NCBI RefSeq assembly: GCF_963921235.1
Contig: NC_086097.1
Span: 134,914,001-134,978,000, forward strand
Origin: Mobula hypostoma
Taxonomy: Eukaryota
Direction: 5' to 3'
Length of the DNA stretch: 64,000 nucleotides
Positions 1 to 13,324 of this stretch are shown here, one piece after another. The translations under genes were made by a program, and so were the position numbers. How positions within the stretch are numbered: position 1 is the stretch's first letter; every line of letters starts with the position of its first letter. The notes below the pieces were generated by a model. That model was given only the letters and a program-made list of their open reading frames with translations, did not search any database and had not been told where the DNA came from.

Positions 1-9
1 TAAAAATCT

Positions 10-1685
10 TTACGTTACGTCTCCATCTGAATGTGCAATGTGCAATTTATAGTAATTTGTAATAAACAGTATGTACAACAGCACAGTCAATATAACATAG
101 CAATACAATTGTGTCAGCATGAATGAATCAGTCTGATGGCCTGGTGGAAGAAGCTGTCCCGGAGCCTGTTGGTCCCGGCTTTTATGCTGCAGTAACGTTT
201 CCCGGATGGTAGCAGCTGGACTCAGGTCCCCAATGATCCCTCGGGCCCTTTTTATACACCTGTCTTTGTAAATGTCCTGAATAGTGGGAAGTTCACATCT
301 ACAAATGTGCTGGGCTGTCCGCACCACTCTCTGCAGAGTCCTGCAATTCAGGGAAGTACAGTTCCCGTAACCAGGCAGTGATGCAGCCAGTCAGGATGCT
401 CTCAATTGTGTTCCTGTAGAAAGTTCTTTGGATTTGGAGACTCATGCCAAACTTCTTCAACTGTCTGAGGTGAAACAGCGCTGTTGTGTTTTTTTCACCA
501 CACAGCCGGCATATACAGACCACGTGAGATCCTCAGTGATGCATATGCCGAGGAACTTAAAGCTGTTCATCCTCTTAACCCCAGATCTGTTGATGTCAAT
601 AGGGGTTAGCCCTTCTCTATTCCTCCTGTAGTCCCCAAACAGCTCCTATGTTTTTGCAACATTGAAGGAGAGGTTGTTTTCTTGGCACCATTTCATCAGG
701 GTGATGACTTCTCCTCTGTAAGCTGTCTCGTTATTATTTGAGATAAAGCCAATTAATGTAATATCATCAGCAAATTTAATTAGCAGATTGGAGCTGTGGG
801 TGGTGACGCAGTCATAGGTACACAGAGTAAGGGAGGGGCTTAGTACACAGCCCTGAGGGGCACCTGTATTGAAGGTCAGAGGGGCAGAGATGAGGGACCC
901 CAGTCTTACCTCCTGTCAGCGATCTGATAGGAAGTCCAAGATCCTGCTGCAGAGGGCAATGTGAAGGCTGAGGTCTCTGAGCCTCTTGTCAAGTCTGGAG
1001 GGAATTATGGTGTTGAATGCTGAACTGTAGTCCAAGAACAGCATTCTCACATAAGCATCCTTCTTCTCCAGGTGTGTAGGGACAGTGTGTAGAGCTGTGG
1101 TTATTGTGTCATCTGTCGATCGGTTGTGACGGTAGGCGAATTGTAGGGGTGGGTGGTAGCAAGCTGCAGATGTAGTCCTTGACCAGCCTCTCAAAGCATT
1201 TGCTTATTATTGAGGTGATTGTGACAGGACACCAATCGTTCAGACATGTTAGCTTGGTCTTTTTAGGTACAAAACAATGGTGGATGTTTTGAAGCAGGAG
1301 GGCACTCTGCACTGGGAGAGGGAGAGATTAAAAATGTCTGTAAACACACCTGCCAGTTGTGCCGTGCACATCCTGAGTACCTGCCCTGGAATGCTGTCCA
1401 GTCCTGCAGCCTTGCGACTGTCCACTCATTGGAAACACCTGCGTACTTCAGCCTCAGAGATGACCAATGTGCTCTCCTCGGGGGTTCAGTGTTGGCGACA
1501 TTGAACCGAGCGTAAGAAAGATTTAGCTCATCTGGGAGAGAGGCAGCGATGTTGGCAGCACCACTGCACTTAGCTTTGAAGTCTGCGATGGTGTGCAGAC
1601 CTTGCCATAAGCTGTGTGTGTTTTTGGTGAAAAGTTGTGTCTGGATCTTCTCCCTGTATTGTCGTTTCACTGCCTTGATGACCTT
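10..1685 (-). mobile_element. 5'-truncated, decayed Rex1/Babar-type non-LTR retrotransposon (RT region and 3' end)
   Basis: Frameshifted minus-strand ORFs [34 protein letters not shown] and FYRNTIESILTGCITAW are typical Rex1/Babar RT motifs. Confidence 0.85.
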
Positions 1686-3070
1686 GAGTTAAAAATTTTG
1701 CATTATATTATTCTTGTGAAGAACCTTGAGGCATCTTCTTGCATCCGGGGTGTTTCTTAAAAAGGTTGTTGATGTTGAATACTCAGCTCTCTTTCTTTCT
1801 CTTGTGTGAACATATAATCACACATTTCAGTTAGGACTAGACCACTGGGTCTCTTGATCCAACTCTTCCATGTAATATAATCATGGATGATTTGATTATA
1901 ACCTTGTTGTCATGGTAACCTCATGGTTACCTCAAGGTAACCTTTCGCACCCTTTCTTGTCAATATTCCATTTATTTCTGCCTCAAAATGATCCAAAGAC
2001 TCTGCTTCCACTGCCCTTTGAGAAAGAAAGTTCCAGACACTGAAAGAAATAAAATCGCCTTTTTGTTTTCTTAAATGGGAAAGCCCTTATTTTTTTAAGT
2101 GACCAAGTTTTAGATTCTCCCACAAGAGGAAATACACTTTGCACAGTGGCACTCTTAAAACTCCTCAAGATTTTGCATGTTTCAATCAAATTGACACCAG
2201 CCTGTCCAACTTTTCCTCATAATTCAACCAGCCCATGTCAGTTATTAGCCAAGAAACCATCCTCTAAGCTATTCCAAGAGCATTAGTATCCCTTCTTAAA
2301 CAAGGACCCCAATTCTGTACCCAGTCATCCAGATCCTACAGATATTCAAGAAATTTAACCAACGTGCCGGTGTCCTGTCAGAATATCTCCGGAGAGGATC
2401 TATTTTTGTCTCCTCTCACACCTGTCAGTAGCCATGTAAAACTGCACCATGCAAATACAAACTATTGTTGCTAATGTTGCATTTCAGAATTTATTACTCT
2501 TGAATAAGTAAAATTTTTGCCTTAACTTGATAGAAGTATAGAAGAACATGATGGGTTTTTGAAAGGATAAATAGATAGAAGCTGTTCCCCTACAAGATGT
2601 TTCAAACACAAGCATTTAGAGTGAAGAGCAAAAAAATACATGGAGAAATGTTGAAAAAAACACTTATGAATGCAAGAAAGGCTTTGACCTGAACCCTCTG
2701 CCTGTAAAAATAATGGAAGGAAGCCAAAGTGGAACCCCTAAAAATGGAAAATGATTTTGTCGGATAAGGCTAAAAAGTGATGTGAGGGTGCTGAAAGGGG
2801 AAGGGGCATGAATTCACTGAGCTGAATGACTTCTGCCTGCAATGATTGGATGGTTCTATGGCTAAATTACCCATCACCTACTTCCAGTTTCTTTCCTTGT
2901 TATGTTTCAAAACAAAACATCTCAATACGAGTCCGTTCAATAAGTAAAGGTAACATCAGGGATGTGCCCCCTTTTGTGTGAAGAAATGTCTTCTGTACTC
3001 CACGCAACAACAATTTTGTGCTCCTTGCCCCGACATAAAGTCATTTCTCCCTCCATATATATTTTGTATA

Positions 3071-3870
3071 CAGTGGATTCTGATTAATTGGGACATATCA
3101 AGAGCACTATATTTTGGCCCAAATCAGCAGCTGTCCCAAATAGCCAAAATTTCATGGAAATAGTTAAAAGGAAAAAAAAGATAAATTACTGTTTAACTGA
3201 GTAACAATTTATGTATTTAAATGAAATACAGAACAAATTAGAACACTACCAATATCTCCACAGTGCTATAAATCTGTGTATAATTTCTAATAGTTATTGA
3301 CAGAGGAATTCATCTGCCATGTTCTTCTGATTAAGCGTAAATGAACAAAGTTAGTGAAGACACCTTGTGCAGATAATGGAATGACTTCATACAATGTTTT
3401 AGGTGACTGCATCTTCCAAATCTTCACTTTCATTGTAACATTCAAGATGATTGTTGATACTTTCAAATTCCTAACTCGTTGAAGTAGTGAAATTGTCTCA
3501 TTTTCACACCTGTCTGCTTCTCGCATCTCCAAGCCTGAATGCTTGAAACCGCAGTGAGCAAAACAGTTCTGAATTGTCTTACTGCTTATTTGTCACCAAC
3601 AATCAGTGACAAAAATCACATGCATGTGATGCTTTTTAAATACTGATCACTGTCAGCTTGGAGTGATATCTAACGGCCACGCAAGTGACATGACTGACAC
3701 TGGCGAGAGACCATTCGGCAACAGTCTCCTGCCCCAATTGAGTGGCATAGTGTCCCAACTAAATGAAGGGAATCATGGCTATTTTCTCAATTTAGATTTT
3801 GTTCTTTATGAGTTGTCCCAAATGAATGGCTGCCCCGATTAACCAATGGCCAAATAACACGAATCCATAG
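3071..3870. mobile_element. Non-autonomous Tc1/mariner-superfamily (Tigger/pogo-like) DNA transposon
   Basis: Ends are TA|CAGTGGATTC and GAATCCATAG|TA (imperfect TIR, TA duplication). Sub-terminal TGGGACA/TGTCCCA motifs recur at both ends. Confidence 0.6.
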
Positions 3871-4139
3871 TATTTCGATTTCATACAAGATAAAAGGAAG
3901 CTACTTGGCCCATCAAATCTACGTTGGTTCTCAGAGCAATCCCATCCTTCCTACTTACTGACATTTCTCAGTAATTCATCCTCTCCCACGTACTCATCAA
4001 TTCCCCCTCATCTGAACACCCTCCCCCACTCAGTTCTTCTCATCCACTCCACACCAGGGAAAACTTACAGAGGCCAATCAACCAACCGATCTGCATGATT
4101 TGGAATTTGGAGGGTTTTCCTGGTCTTAAGTGTCCTCGT

Positions 4140-4460
4140 GGTCTTCTGTGAAAGGGCAGCTCCAGGGATGCAGGTTCAATCCTCGCACTCAATGTGCCTG
4201 TATGAATTTTGACTGGATGCTCCGGTTTCGTTCCACATCCCAGGGACGTGCGCAGGTCGGGAGGATAATTGTTCACAGTAAATTGATGTTAGAGCGTAGA
4301 TGAGTGGTATAATCTGGGGGTGGGGGGTTTGGGGAGGTAGCAGAATATAGGTAGAATGGTACTAACGTTGGGTTGGTGTAAATTGGTGGGTGGTGGTCAG
4401 TATGGGCTCAGGCAGCTGAAGGGTCCATTTCTGTGCAGTAATTCTCCATGATTCTATGAA
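4140..4460 (+). mobile_element. Decayed tRNA-derived V-SINE (HE1-like)
   Basis: B-box-like GCAGGTTCAATCC, V-domain-like GATGCTCCGGTTTCGTTCCACATCCC, and CR1-like 3' tail GCTGAAGGGTCCATTTCTGTG. Confidence 0.55.
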
Positions 4461-4689
4461 ACTGGCACACCTGGAGGTAACCCAGGTGATCGCAGGTAGA
4501 TCATGCAAACTCCACACAGACCGCAGCCAAAGTCAGGATTGAATCCGGGCTGCAGGAGAACTGACGACCTTCAGTGCCACCCAACACTGACTGCTCTAAT
4601 CTCGTTGGCTACATTTCTGTGACCAAATGCAATTTGCAACAGGCATTGCAATTTATCTTAGCTGAACTATTTATTTTTGGGTTTCACAG

Positions 4690-4784
4690 GAACTGATGAA
4701 ATCACAATTATTAAAGTTCTTGCAAGTCGCTCAACAGAACAGAGACAGAAAATAAAAGAGAAGTACAGAGATCTGTACAAAAAA
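4690..4784 (+). CDS. ANXA13: Annexin A13 coding exon, 95 bp (repeat I: GTDEITIIKVLASRSTEQRQKIKEKYRDLYKK)
   Basis: Flanked by tttcacAG and GTaagt. Carries the annexin GTDE motif. Phase 1 start, phase 0 end, and joins the next exon in frame. The upstream exons are not in the window. Confidence 0.93.
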
Positions 4785-6882
4785 GTAAGTACAACTTGCA
4801 ACAAAACTCAGCTTCAGTTTTACACATTGGAGGAGGAGTTGGGTATTTGGACCCTTGGGTATGTTGAACCAGTCCATGATCTGTAATCTGATTCCATTTT
4901 CCTATTATGGCAATCAAAGCCCTTTAAATAGAGGTCTTATCAGTCTCAGTTTGAAATGAAACCCAGCAATGATTGTCATGTGTGGAAGAGCTGCGGTTTC
5001 TTACATCGTCTGTATGTGGAGCGTCCCCAACCTTCACTCCTCAAACCCTGGCTCCAACTTCTAGTTTCTGTCTCCCAAGCCCAGACTCTTTGAGCAGCAG
5101 GCAAAGTCTCTCTCCATCTCACCTACCACTTTCCATAAGTATCTTGGAGTAGTCAATCAAGTATCCTGTTAATCTTCAGAATCCTTGGGAATACAGCCAA
5201 ATATTTCATGATCCTTGATCCCATGTGCCAGCAACGGTGGTGGAGGCGGATATGACAGGGTCTTTTAAGAGACTTTTGGATAGGTACATGGAGCTTAGTA
5301 AAATAGAGGGTTATAGGTAGGCCTAGTAATTTCTAAGGTAGGGACATGTTCGGCACAACTTTGTGGGCTGAAGGGCCTGTATTGTGCTGTAGGTTTTCTA
5401 TGTTCCTATGTTTTGCAAAATCTTACCTCCTTCCAAATACAGCTTTTCTACTTTTTGGTCCGGATCTTCTCTCTGTATTCAGCACATGATCTAACTAGGA
5501 CTTTAACAATAGCACCTCTTCTACCCTTTGGAGTCTTTCCTCTAGACTTTTTGTCATTTTGTACCCATGTGTAGTGTTTTAATTTGACGTAGGCATTTTT
5601 CCAACTTATTAGGAACAGGAGTAGGACACTTGGCCAGGCTAACCTGTTTTGTTGTTTTATAAGATAATGGATGATATGAATGTAATTCAACTTCACACTC
5701 CTACTATTTTAGTTCCTTGCGTGTCAAATATTAATATCCGCTTCCATCACCCTGTGTGGAAGAGAATTCCAAAAGTCACCGTCTTCAAATTTAACAGAAG
5801 TTTCGTAAGTTAACGAATTTCACAACATATGCCAGTGATATTAAACCTGATTCTGATTCTGGGAGAACAAAATTTTTCTTCCTCCTTATCTTACCTATGC
5901 AACCCTCTGTCTTCAAACACTGACCCCCATTCAAGGACCCCACCAACAGAAACATTCTCACTGTCAAGACCATTCAGGATTTTATGTGTTTCAATCAAGT
6001 CATCTCTCAGTCTTTCTAAACTCCAGCAGGTGTAGTCTAGCCTGTCCAATCTTATTCATGAAACAGTCTGCCCATTGCATCTTCGTATCTCCAATGTTAC
6101 TCAATTTTCACCATTTTGGTGACACTCTACAGGCCATCCCTGGGTAACGAACAAGTTTCATTTTTGCAGACATCCATAAGTCAATTCTGTATGCAAATCA
6201 GAGAATCAACAAAAATCACTTGATATGATAACCACACCTCCACAATACTGTAGTGAATGGTAGTGAACTGTAGTGACTGATAAGAAAAACAATTACCAAA
6301 AGTGGAGAGAGGATGCGAGTTCTACCATTCACAGGAACCTTCGTACTGTATGTACATCAGAGTTTTAATTGCAATAATATTATGGGGGCTTGCCCATACG
6401 TAGGGGGGTGGTTATAAGTTGGATGTTTGAAACTCAGGGAGGACTGTATCCTCCCTTTATTTGGATCAAAATGGATAAGCTCATCATGCAGGGGATAAAC
6501 AAACAGCAGAGCCAGGGAGTGTATTTTCATTTCCTTTGTGAGACATCCACACTGCACTGGTTCCCTCTATACATTATACAGTGTGTTTGTTCTATATATA
6601 TCTCAGTAATTTACAGACAGATTGTCAGTAGTGCTGAATATGCCACTTGATGGCATTATTGTGGTCCTGGGCTTTAACTTTCTTCCGTTGAAGCCATTGA
6701 CAAGGCAAAATGCACATTTCATGTTAAAATCTGGGGATGGATTTCATTTACTAACTAAATGGAAAACGCCACCCTATTATATCTACCTCAAATGCCGACT
6801 TTCACCTCCCTGCATAGATGCTGTCTGGACCACAGACTTCCTCCAGCACTTTGTGTGTTGCTCCAGATTCCAGTATCTACAG

Positions 6883-7121
6883 TGTAGTGTATTTAATATT
6901 CCAGTAATATTTGAGTAATATTGTAAATATATTGTTTGATTAAGCATTCTTTGTTTACATAATTCATGATGGGTTATATGTAAGACGTACGTGAATGACA
7001 TGTCATTGTGCCATTATGTCATATGTGTACACCTCACTAAAGAAAAAGAACTAAGTAAGCAGGTTATCCTGGGCTCCTGTGTTTATCTTTCAACTAATTT
7101 CTGGAGTTACAAAACATAACA
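6883..7121 (+). repeat. 5' LTR of the Gypsy element
   Basis: Direct repeat of 12405-12481 plus 13091-13247. TG...CA ends. Confidence 0.88.
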
Positions 7122-8273
7122 GTGGCAATGAGGAGGTTTTAAAATGAACCCAAGTTGACTATTGACAGTACCTGTTGAAACACAGTATATTTTTTTCCCT
7201 CAGAAAGGGAGAGAGACGATGAATTTAAAAAGACAAAACATTCATAGGTTCATAAGCAGTGAGTACTGGGTGAAAATAATAATAAATTTAATAAAAGCAA
7301 AAATGACTGACTACATTGGAAAGATAGATACTTAAATTGCACAACAGATAACTGGATGATGTATACTGAATGAATTGAGCAATATTTTGAAGCCAATGAA
7401 AAGAAATTGCCAGTGCTACCGAGTGCAATAGGTGGAAAAGCATGCAATTTCCTTTGAAGTGTAACTGCTCCAACCAAACCAGCTGAAATGAGCTTTGCTG
7501 ATATTGGAAACATAATGCAGAAACATTTAGAACCAAAACCATTGTTGATTGCAGAATACTTTAGGTTTCATGAGCAGAGTCAAAAGGAAGGGGAGCCCAT
7601 TTCAGGTTATGTGGCTGGATTGAAGAAATTGTCTAAGCCTTGTCAGTTCAGTGACAAGCTTAATGATGCACTGAGAGATCATTCATTTTGTGGAATCTTA
7701 CAAGAAAGCACAATTGAAGCTGAAGCACAATTCATATTTAAAAGAGCAGTTGAACTCACTGTATCACTGGAAAGAGCAGTCAGACATGCAATTGAGTTGC
7801 AGTCAGGAATGAAAGAGAGCGCGAACAGTTTAAATGATGTCTAAACAGAAACCTGCCTGGCCAAGCAAATTGTGTTACCATTGTGGCACAGGCTCACATA
7901 CAGGAGATCAATGCAAGTTTAAAGGTGAAACTTGCAGAAAATGCAACAAAGCAGGGCACATACAAATACATGTTGGACAGACAAAAATAAATGGACTGCA
8001 CAGGGAAGAGAAGAAGATAAAATGTCAAGCTGGCTTTTCAAAAAGAGCACCAATCTGCTTGATGTTGATGAAAAATCTAATAATGATAGGAGTGACACAG
8101 GGCTGAGTAGTCTTAAGATTTACAAAGTGGAAACTAACAGGGCTTACACCAGAAGTGAACTGCAAATTAATTAAAACGCAAACAGGAATTCTGCAGATGC
8201 TGGAAATTCAGCAACACACATCAAAGTTGCTGGTGAATGCAGCAGGCCAGGCAGCATCTGTAGGAAGAGGTGC

Positions 8274-8309
8274 AGTCGACGTTTCAGGCCGAGACCCTTC
8301 GTCAGGACT
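8274..8309 (-). ncRNA. Minimal type I hammerhead ribozyme motif (Penelope pLTR)
   Basis: Minus strand reads AGUC CUGACGA A GGG-UCUCGG-CCU GAAA C GUC GACU: stem I AGUC/GACU, complete core, GUC cleavage triplet. Confidence 0.75.
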
Positions 8310-9479
8310 AACTGAAGGAAGAGTGATTAAGGGATTTGAAAGTTGGAGGGGGAGGGGGAGATCCAAAATGATAGGAGAAGACAGGAGGGGGAGGGATGGA
8401 GCCAAGAGCTGGACAGGTAATAGGCAAAAGGGGATACGAGAGGATCATGGGACAGGAGGTCCGGGAAGAAAGACAAGGGGGGAGGACCCAGAGGATGGGC
8501 AAGAGGTATATTCAGAGGGACAGAGGGAGAAAAAGGAGAGTGAGAGAAAGAATGTGTGCATAAAAATAAGTAACAGATGTGGTACGAGGGGGAGGTGGGG
8601 CCTTAGCGGAAGTTAGAGAAGTCGATGTTCATACCATCAGGTTGGAGGCTACGCAGACGGAATATAAGGTGTATCTTTACAGTAGAGGAGGCCGTGGATA
8701 GACATGTCAGAATGGGAATGGGATGTGGAATTAAAATGTGTGGCCACTGGGAGATCCTGCTTTCTCTGGCGGACAGAGCGTAGATGTGTAAGCGGAACAA
8801 GTGCTACACATGCCCTTACACTTCCTCCTTTACCACCATTCAGGGCCCCAAACAGTCCTTCCAGGTGAGGCAACACTTCACCTGTGAGTCGACTGGGGTG
8901 ATATACTGCGTCCGGTGCTCCCGATGTGGCCTTTTATATATTGGCGAGACCCGACGCAGACTGGGAGACCGCTTTGCTGAACATCTACGCTCTGTCCGCC
9001 AGAGAAAGCAGGATCTCCCAGTGGCCACACATTTTAATTCCACATCCCATTCCCATTCTGACATGTCTATCCACGGCCTCCTCTACTGTAAAGATGAAGC
9101 CACACTCAGGTTGGAGGAACAACACCTTATATTCCGTATGGGTAGCCTCCAACCTGATGGTATGAACATCGACTTCTCTAACTTCCGCTAAGGCCCCACC
9201 TCCCCCTCGTACCCCATCTGTTACTTATTTTTATGCACACATTCTTTTTCTCACTCTCCTTTTTCTCCCTCTGTCCCTCTGAATATACCTCTTGCGCATC
9301 CTCTGGGTCCCCCCCCCCACTTGTCTTTCTTCCCGGACTCCTGTCCCATGATCCTCTCGTATCCCCTTTTGCCTATCACCTGTCCAGCTCTTGGCTCTAT
9401 CCCTCCCCCTCTTCCTACCATTTTGGATCTCCCCCTCCCCCTCCAACTTTCAAATCCCTTACTCACTCTTCCTTCAGTT

Positions 9480-9515
9480 AGTCCTGACGAAGGGTCTCGG
9501 CCTGAAATGTCGACT
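9480..9515 (+). ncRNA. Minimal hammerhead ribozyme motif, stem III variant
   Basis: AGTC CTGACGA AGGGTCTCGGCCT GAAA T GTC GACT. The C>T at a CpG breaks the ACGU palindrome. Confidence 0.6.
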
Positions 9516-12483
9516 GCACCTCTTCCTACAGATGCTGCCTGGCCTGCTGCGTTCACCAGCAACTTTGATGTGTGTTGCAAATTAATTAAAATGGAATTGG
9601 GCTCTGGCTCATCTGCTTCAGTCATTTGACAAAATGAGTTTGAATGGCATTTCGAAAATAACAAACTGAAGCCTGCAGATATCCACCTAAGAACTAATAA
9701 TGAGAAAAGATGACTCCTGTGGGAATGACATCCATAACAGTGAAATACCACAACTAACCAGCTACATTGGGCTTGTATGTGGTAAAAGCAGGAGAGCAAG
9801 CAATATGGGCCATGATTGGCTGAGACAACTACAATTCAATTGGAGATCCATCCACCATTTGCATGCCACATCGCCTGCAGTAGAGTCAACTGAAAGCAAA
9901 TTAAGAAAAGTATTGGATGACATCACCTCATTGTTCAAGGATGGCACTGGAAAACTTAAACATATAAAGGGTAAAATAGTGTTAAATGAAAATGCCACAC
10001 CCGTATTTTACAATGCCTGTCCAGTTCATTATACCATCCATAAAGTAGCCAGTGAGCTAGACCACACTGAGGCTGAAGGAATTCTTTCCACGGTTAGCCC
10101 ATGGGCAACAGTAGTGGTCCCAGAACCCAAAAAAAAATAGGCCTGTCAGGATCTGTGTTGATTTTAAGGTCACCATCAACCCAATACTGAAAGTAGATCA
10201 ATACACTCTAGCCAGGAGAGAGGATAACTTTGCAAAACTTTCTGGAAGAAAACACTTCAGCAGAGTGGACTTATTTTTGGAGTAGCACCTGCACCTCCAC
10301 TCTGTCAGAAAGCCATGGACCAGGTGCTGTAAGGTTTCCCAGGCAGTCTGGATGATGTCATTGTTACCCTTGAGGATGACAGGGAACATCTCCAAACCCC
10401 CAAGGTAGTGTTAAAGAGATTGGTAGATTATGGGCTCAGAGTACAACATGTGTGTGAATTTTTTAGACCAAGCATCACTTACTGTCATCATACCCTTGAT
10501 GCTCAAGCATTACACAAGTGTGCTGAGAGAATTCAAGCGGTGGTGGTTGCACCAAAGCCAAAGGATATGTCACAATAGCAGTGTGGTTTAGGATTTGTCA
10601 ATTACTATTACAGCTTCCTGCCAAACCTGGCTACTATGCTTTACCCCTTAAACTCATTACTACAGATGGGGAAGAAATGGCAATGGACAAAGCAGTGTGA
10701 GGTGGCTTTCAAAAAGGTAAAGGAGATGGTGACATCATTGTACTCACACATTATGATCTACATCAACCAATGTAGCTTGCCTGTGATGCCTCGCCCTACG
10801 GTAGAGGTGCGGTCATGTCACATTTTACGAGTGATGAAAGTGAATGCTCCACAGCTTTTGCATCACATTCCCTTATTGCCACAGAGAAAAATTATACACA
10901 GATCGACAGGGAGGCCTTGAGTCTGGTTCGGGTTGTAAAACGTCTTGTCTGGGAGAGAGTTTACCCTCACTACTGATCATCAACTACGAGTGTCCATTTC
11001 AAGCCGTAGATATATGTTCCACTAACAGCAGCATGAATGCAGAGATGGCCTCTCTTCCTTGGAGGACACACGGTTGAATTCAAGAGGATGAGTAATCTTG
11101 GAAAAGAAAATACCGGAAAAGTTTACAGAATATGTCCTCTTGACATATTCTCCCTAATGCAAATTGGAAGTCTCCCTATTATGGCAGAGATGACCCAAAA
11201 GGAAATCAGAAGGTATCCCAGACTGTCTCAGGTCCACACAAAATGGCTGGAATGTGCAGCAGAAATTCAGCTCCTCCATTTTTACCGGTGCCAGAGTGAA
11301 CTTAGCCTTGATGGAGGCAGCGTTATAAGGAGATTGAGAGTTGTATCATTCAGGCTGAGAGCTATATGCTGGTCATCTACGCAGGGTCAAAATGGAAGTG
11401 TTGGCTCGAAGCTTTGTCTGGTGTCCTGGGATAATCAGCAGATTAAGCAGCTCGCCATGCACTGTTTGGGATGCCAACATGTCCAAAAGATGCCAGGAGT
11501 AACACCTCTCCATCCCGAGAATGGGCTGCATTGCCCTGGAAAAGAATTCATATGGATTTTGCTGGACTATTCCTGGGCACAAATTTCTTGGTCGTAGTGG
11601 ATGCAGCTACAAAGTGGCCAGCTGTGTTGCCATTAGCCTGCACGGCAGCCTTGCGCACTGTTGATGCGTTGAGAAGCCTCTTCCCAAAGACTGGTGTTCT
11701 GAAACACTTAGTCACTGACAATGCACCACAGTTTGTTGTGAAACAGTTTCAGAAAATCCTGAAAGTGAATGGAACAAGACATACTACATCTGCACCGTAC
11801 CACTAAGCTACAAATGGTTTGGCAGAAAGATTTGTCCAGAGTCTAAAGAATGCATTGCGAGCAATGTCAGCTAAACATACTAACACGGAATCAGAAGCTT
11901 GCCAATTTCCTCCCTCAAACAAGGAGGTTTGATGTTTTACTCCTGGACAAGCAGTCCTGGCGAGAGACTACAAGAGATGATCAAAAGTGGATAACTGGAA
12001 AGATTGAGGACAGAGCTAGACCACTCTCCTAGACAGTGGAGATTATGTCTGATATCTTCTGGAGACGACCCACCGATCAGTTGAGGAGAGCAGATTCAAT
12101 CATGAGAGAAGAAAGGTGTCCAGAGCTGTCAGAACCACTTCGTCAAATCCCAGAGTCAACTCCTGCAACCACCACGGATGAGATCCCAGAACCTGAGATT
12201 GTTTCACAGCCACAAGTCTCACCCGCCAAGCAGACTGATCCCCCTTGTCAGGAAAAACATTACTCCAGCAGGGTAAGAAAGCCCCCACAGCGATTAAATC
12301 TTTAGGCCTGTATGGACAGTAAGATGACTGTACAGCAACCTGTTACAAATTTGAGTTGAGATGCACTCTGTACTGAGTCAGAAGTATAACTGAGCAGTGA
12401 GGAACGTGGTGTATTTAATATTTCAGAACTATTTGAGTAATATTGAAATATATTGTTTAATTCAGCATTCCTTATTTGTTTAA

Positions 12484-13090
12484 CATAGAACATAGAAAAG
12501 TACAGCACAGTACAGGCCCTTTGGCCCACAATGTTGTGCCGACCCTCAAACCCTGCCTCCCATATAAGCCCCCACCTTAAATTCCTCCATATACCTGTCT
12601 AGTAGTCTCTTAAACTTCACTAGTGTATCTGCCTCCACCACTGACTCAGGCAGTGCATTCCACGCACCAACCACTCTCTGAGTAAAAAACCTTCCTCTAA
12701 TATCCCCCTTGAACTTCCCACCCCTTACCTTAAAGCCATGTCCTCTTGTATTGAGCAGTGGTGCCCTGGGAAAGAGGCGCTGGCTATCCACTCTATCTAT
12801 TCCTCTTATTATCTTGTACACCTCTATCATGTCTCCTCTCATCCTCCTTCTCTCCAAAGAGTAAAGCCCTAGCTCCCTTAATCTCTGATCATAATGCATA
12901 CTTTCTAAACCAGGCAGCATCCTGGTAAATCTCCTCTGTACCCTTTCCAATGCTTCCGCATCCTTCCTATAGTGAGGCGACCAGAACTGGACACAGTACT
13001 CCAAGTGTGGCCTAACCAGAGTTTTATAGAGCTGCATCATTACATCGCGACTCTTAAACTCTATCTCTCGACTTATGAAAGCTAACACCC
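12484..13090 (-). mobile_element. 5'-truncated CR1 LINE inserted in the Gypsy 3' LTR
   Basis: Uninterrupted 184-aa ORF2 C-terminus (LYKTLVRPHLEYCVQFWSPH...FFTQRVV.AWN.LP). CATAGAA tail repeats. LTR sequence resumes at 13091. Confidence 0.92.
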
Positions 13091-13324
13091 TATAATTCAT
13101 TATGGGTTGTATGTAAGAAGTACGTGAATGGCAGACGTCATTACACCACTATGTCATATGTGTCCACCTCACCAAGAAAAATAAACTAAGTAGATGAATT
13201 ATCCGTGTTTTCCTTTTGATTTATTTCTGGAGTTACAAAACATAACTTGCAGTCTCTTGTGTCCCCTGTGTTTAATGCTTACCAGCTGACAATGATAATT
13301 TTACCTGTCACCTGTAGGTAAAGT

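Larger units (their letters stand above)
8177..9575 (+). mobile_element. Penelope-like element, 5'-truncated, with inverted arm; encodes GIY-YIG endonuclease C-terminal part (ORF 8784-9191)
   Basis: ORF CKRNKCYTC...GVIYCVRCSRCGLLYIGETRRRLGDRFAEH...PVATHFN...RLEEQHLI...LQPDGMN. Segment 8211-8787 is the reverse complement of 8981-9578. 16-bp TSD TGCAAATTAATTAAAA at 8161-8176 and 9576-9591, splitting the Gypsy protease. Confidence 0.92.
6883..13247 (+). mobile_element. Full-length but decayed Ty3/Gypsy (Mag-like) LTR retrotransposon
   Basis: 5' LTR 6883-7121 (TGTAG...TAACA) and 3' LTR 12405-13247 (split by a CR1). PBS-like TGGCAATGAG at 7123 and a purine tract before the 3' LTR. 5-bp TSD TACAG (6878-6882) / TGCAG (13248-13252). 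Internal remnants: gag with two zinc knuckles (CYHCGTGSH...C, CRKCNKAGH), protease, RT (PWATVVV), integrase (WKRIHMDFAG, LVTDNAPQF, SAPYH). Many stops and frameshifts. Confidence 0.92.

Noticed and set aside
1690..4689. ANXA13 N-terminal exons or the A13b cassette exon
   Set aside because: I could not find an MGN-type start or a DA..L.KACKG exon with splice sites. They are probably upstream of the window.
8784..9191. Stand-alone GIY-YIG nuclease gene or domesticated gene
   Set aside because: It has no real ATG context, is truncated at the inversion junction, and lies within a TSD-bounded Penelope insertion.
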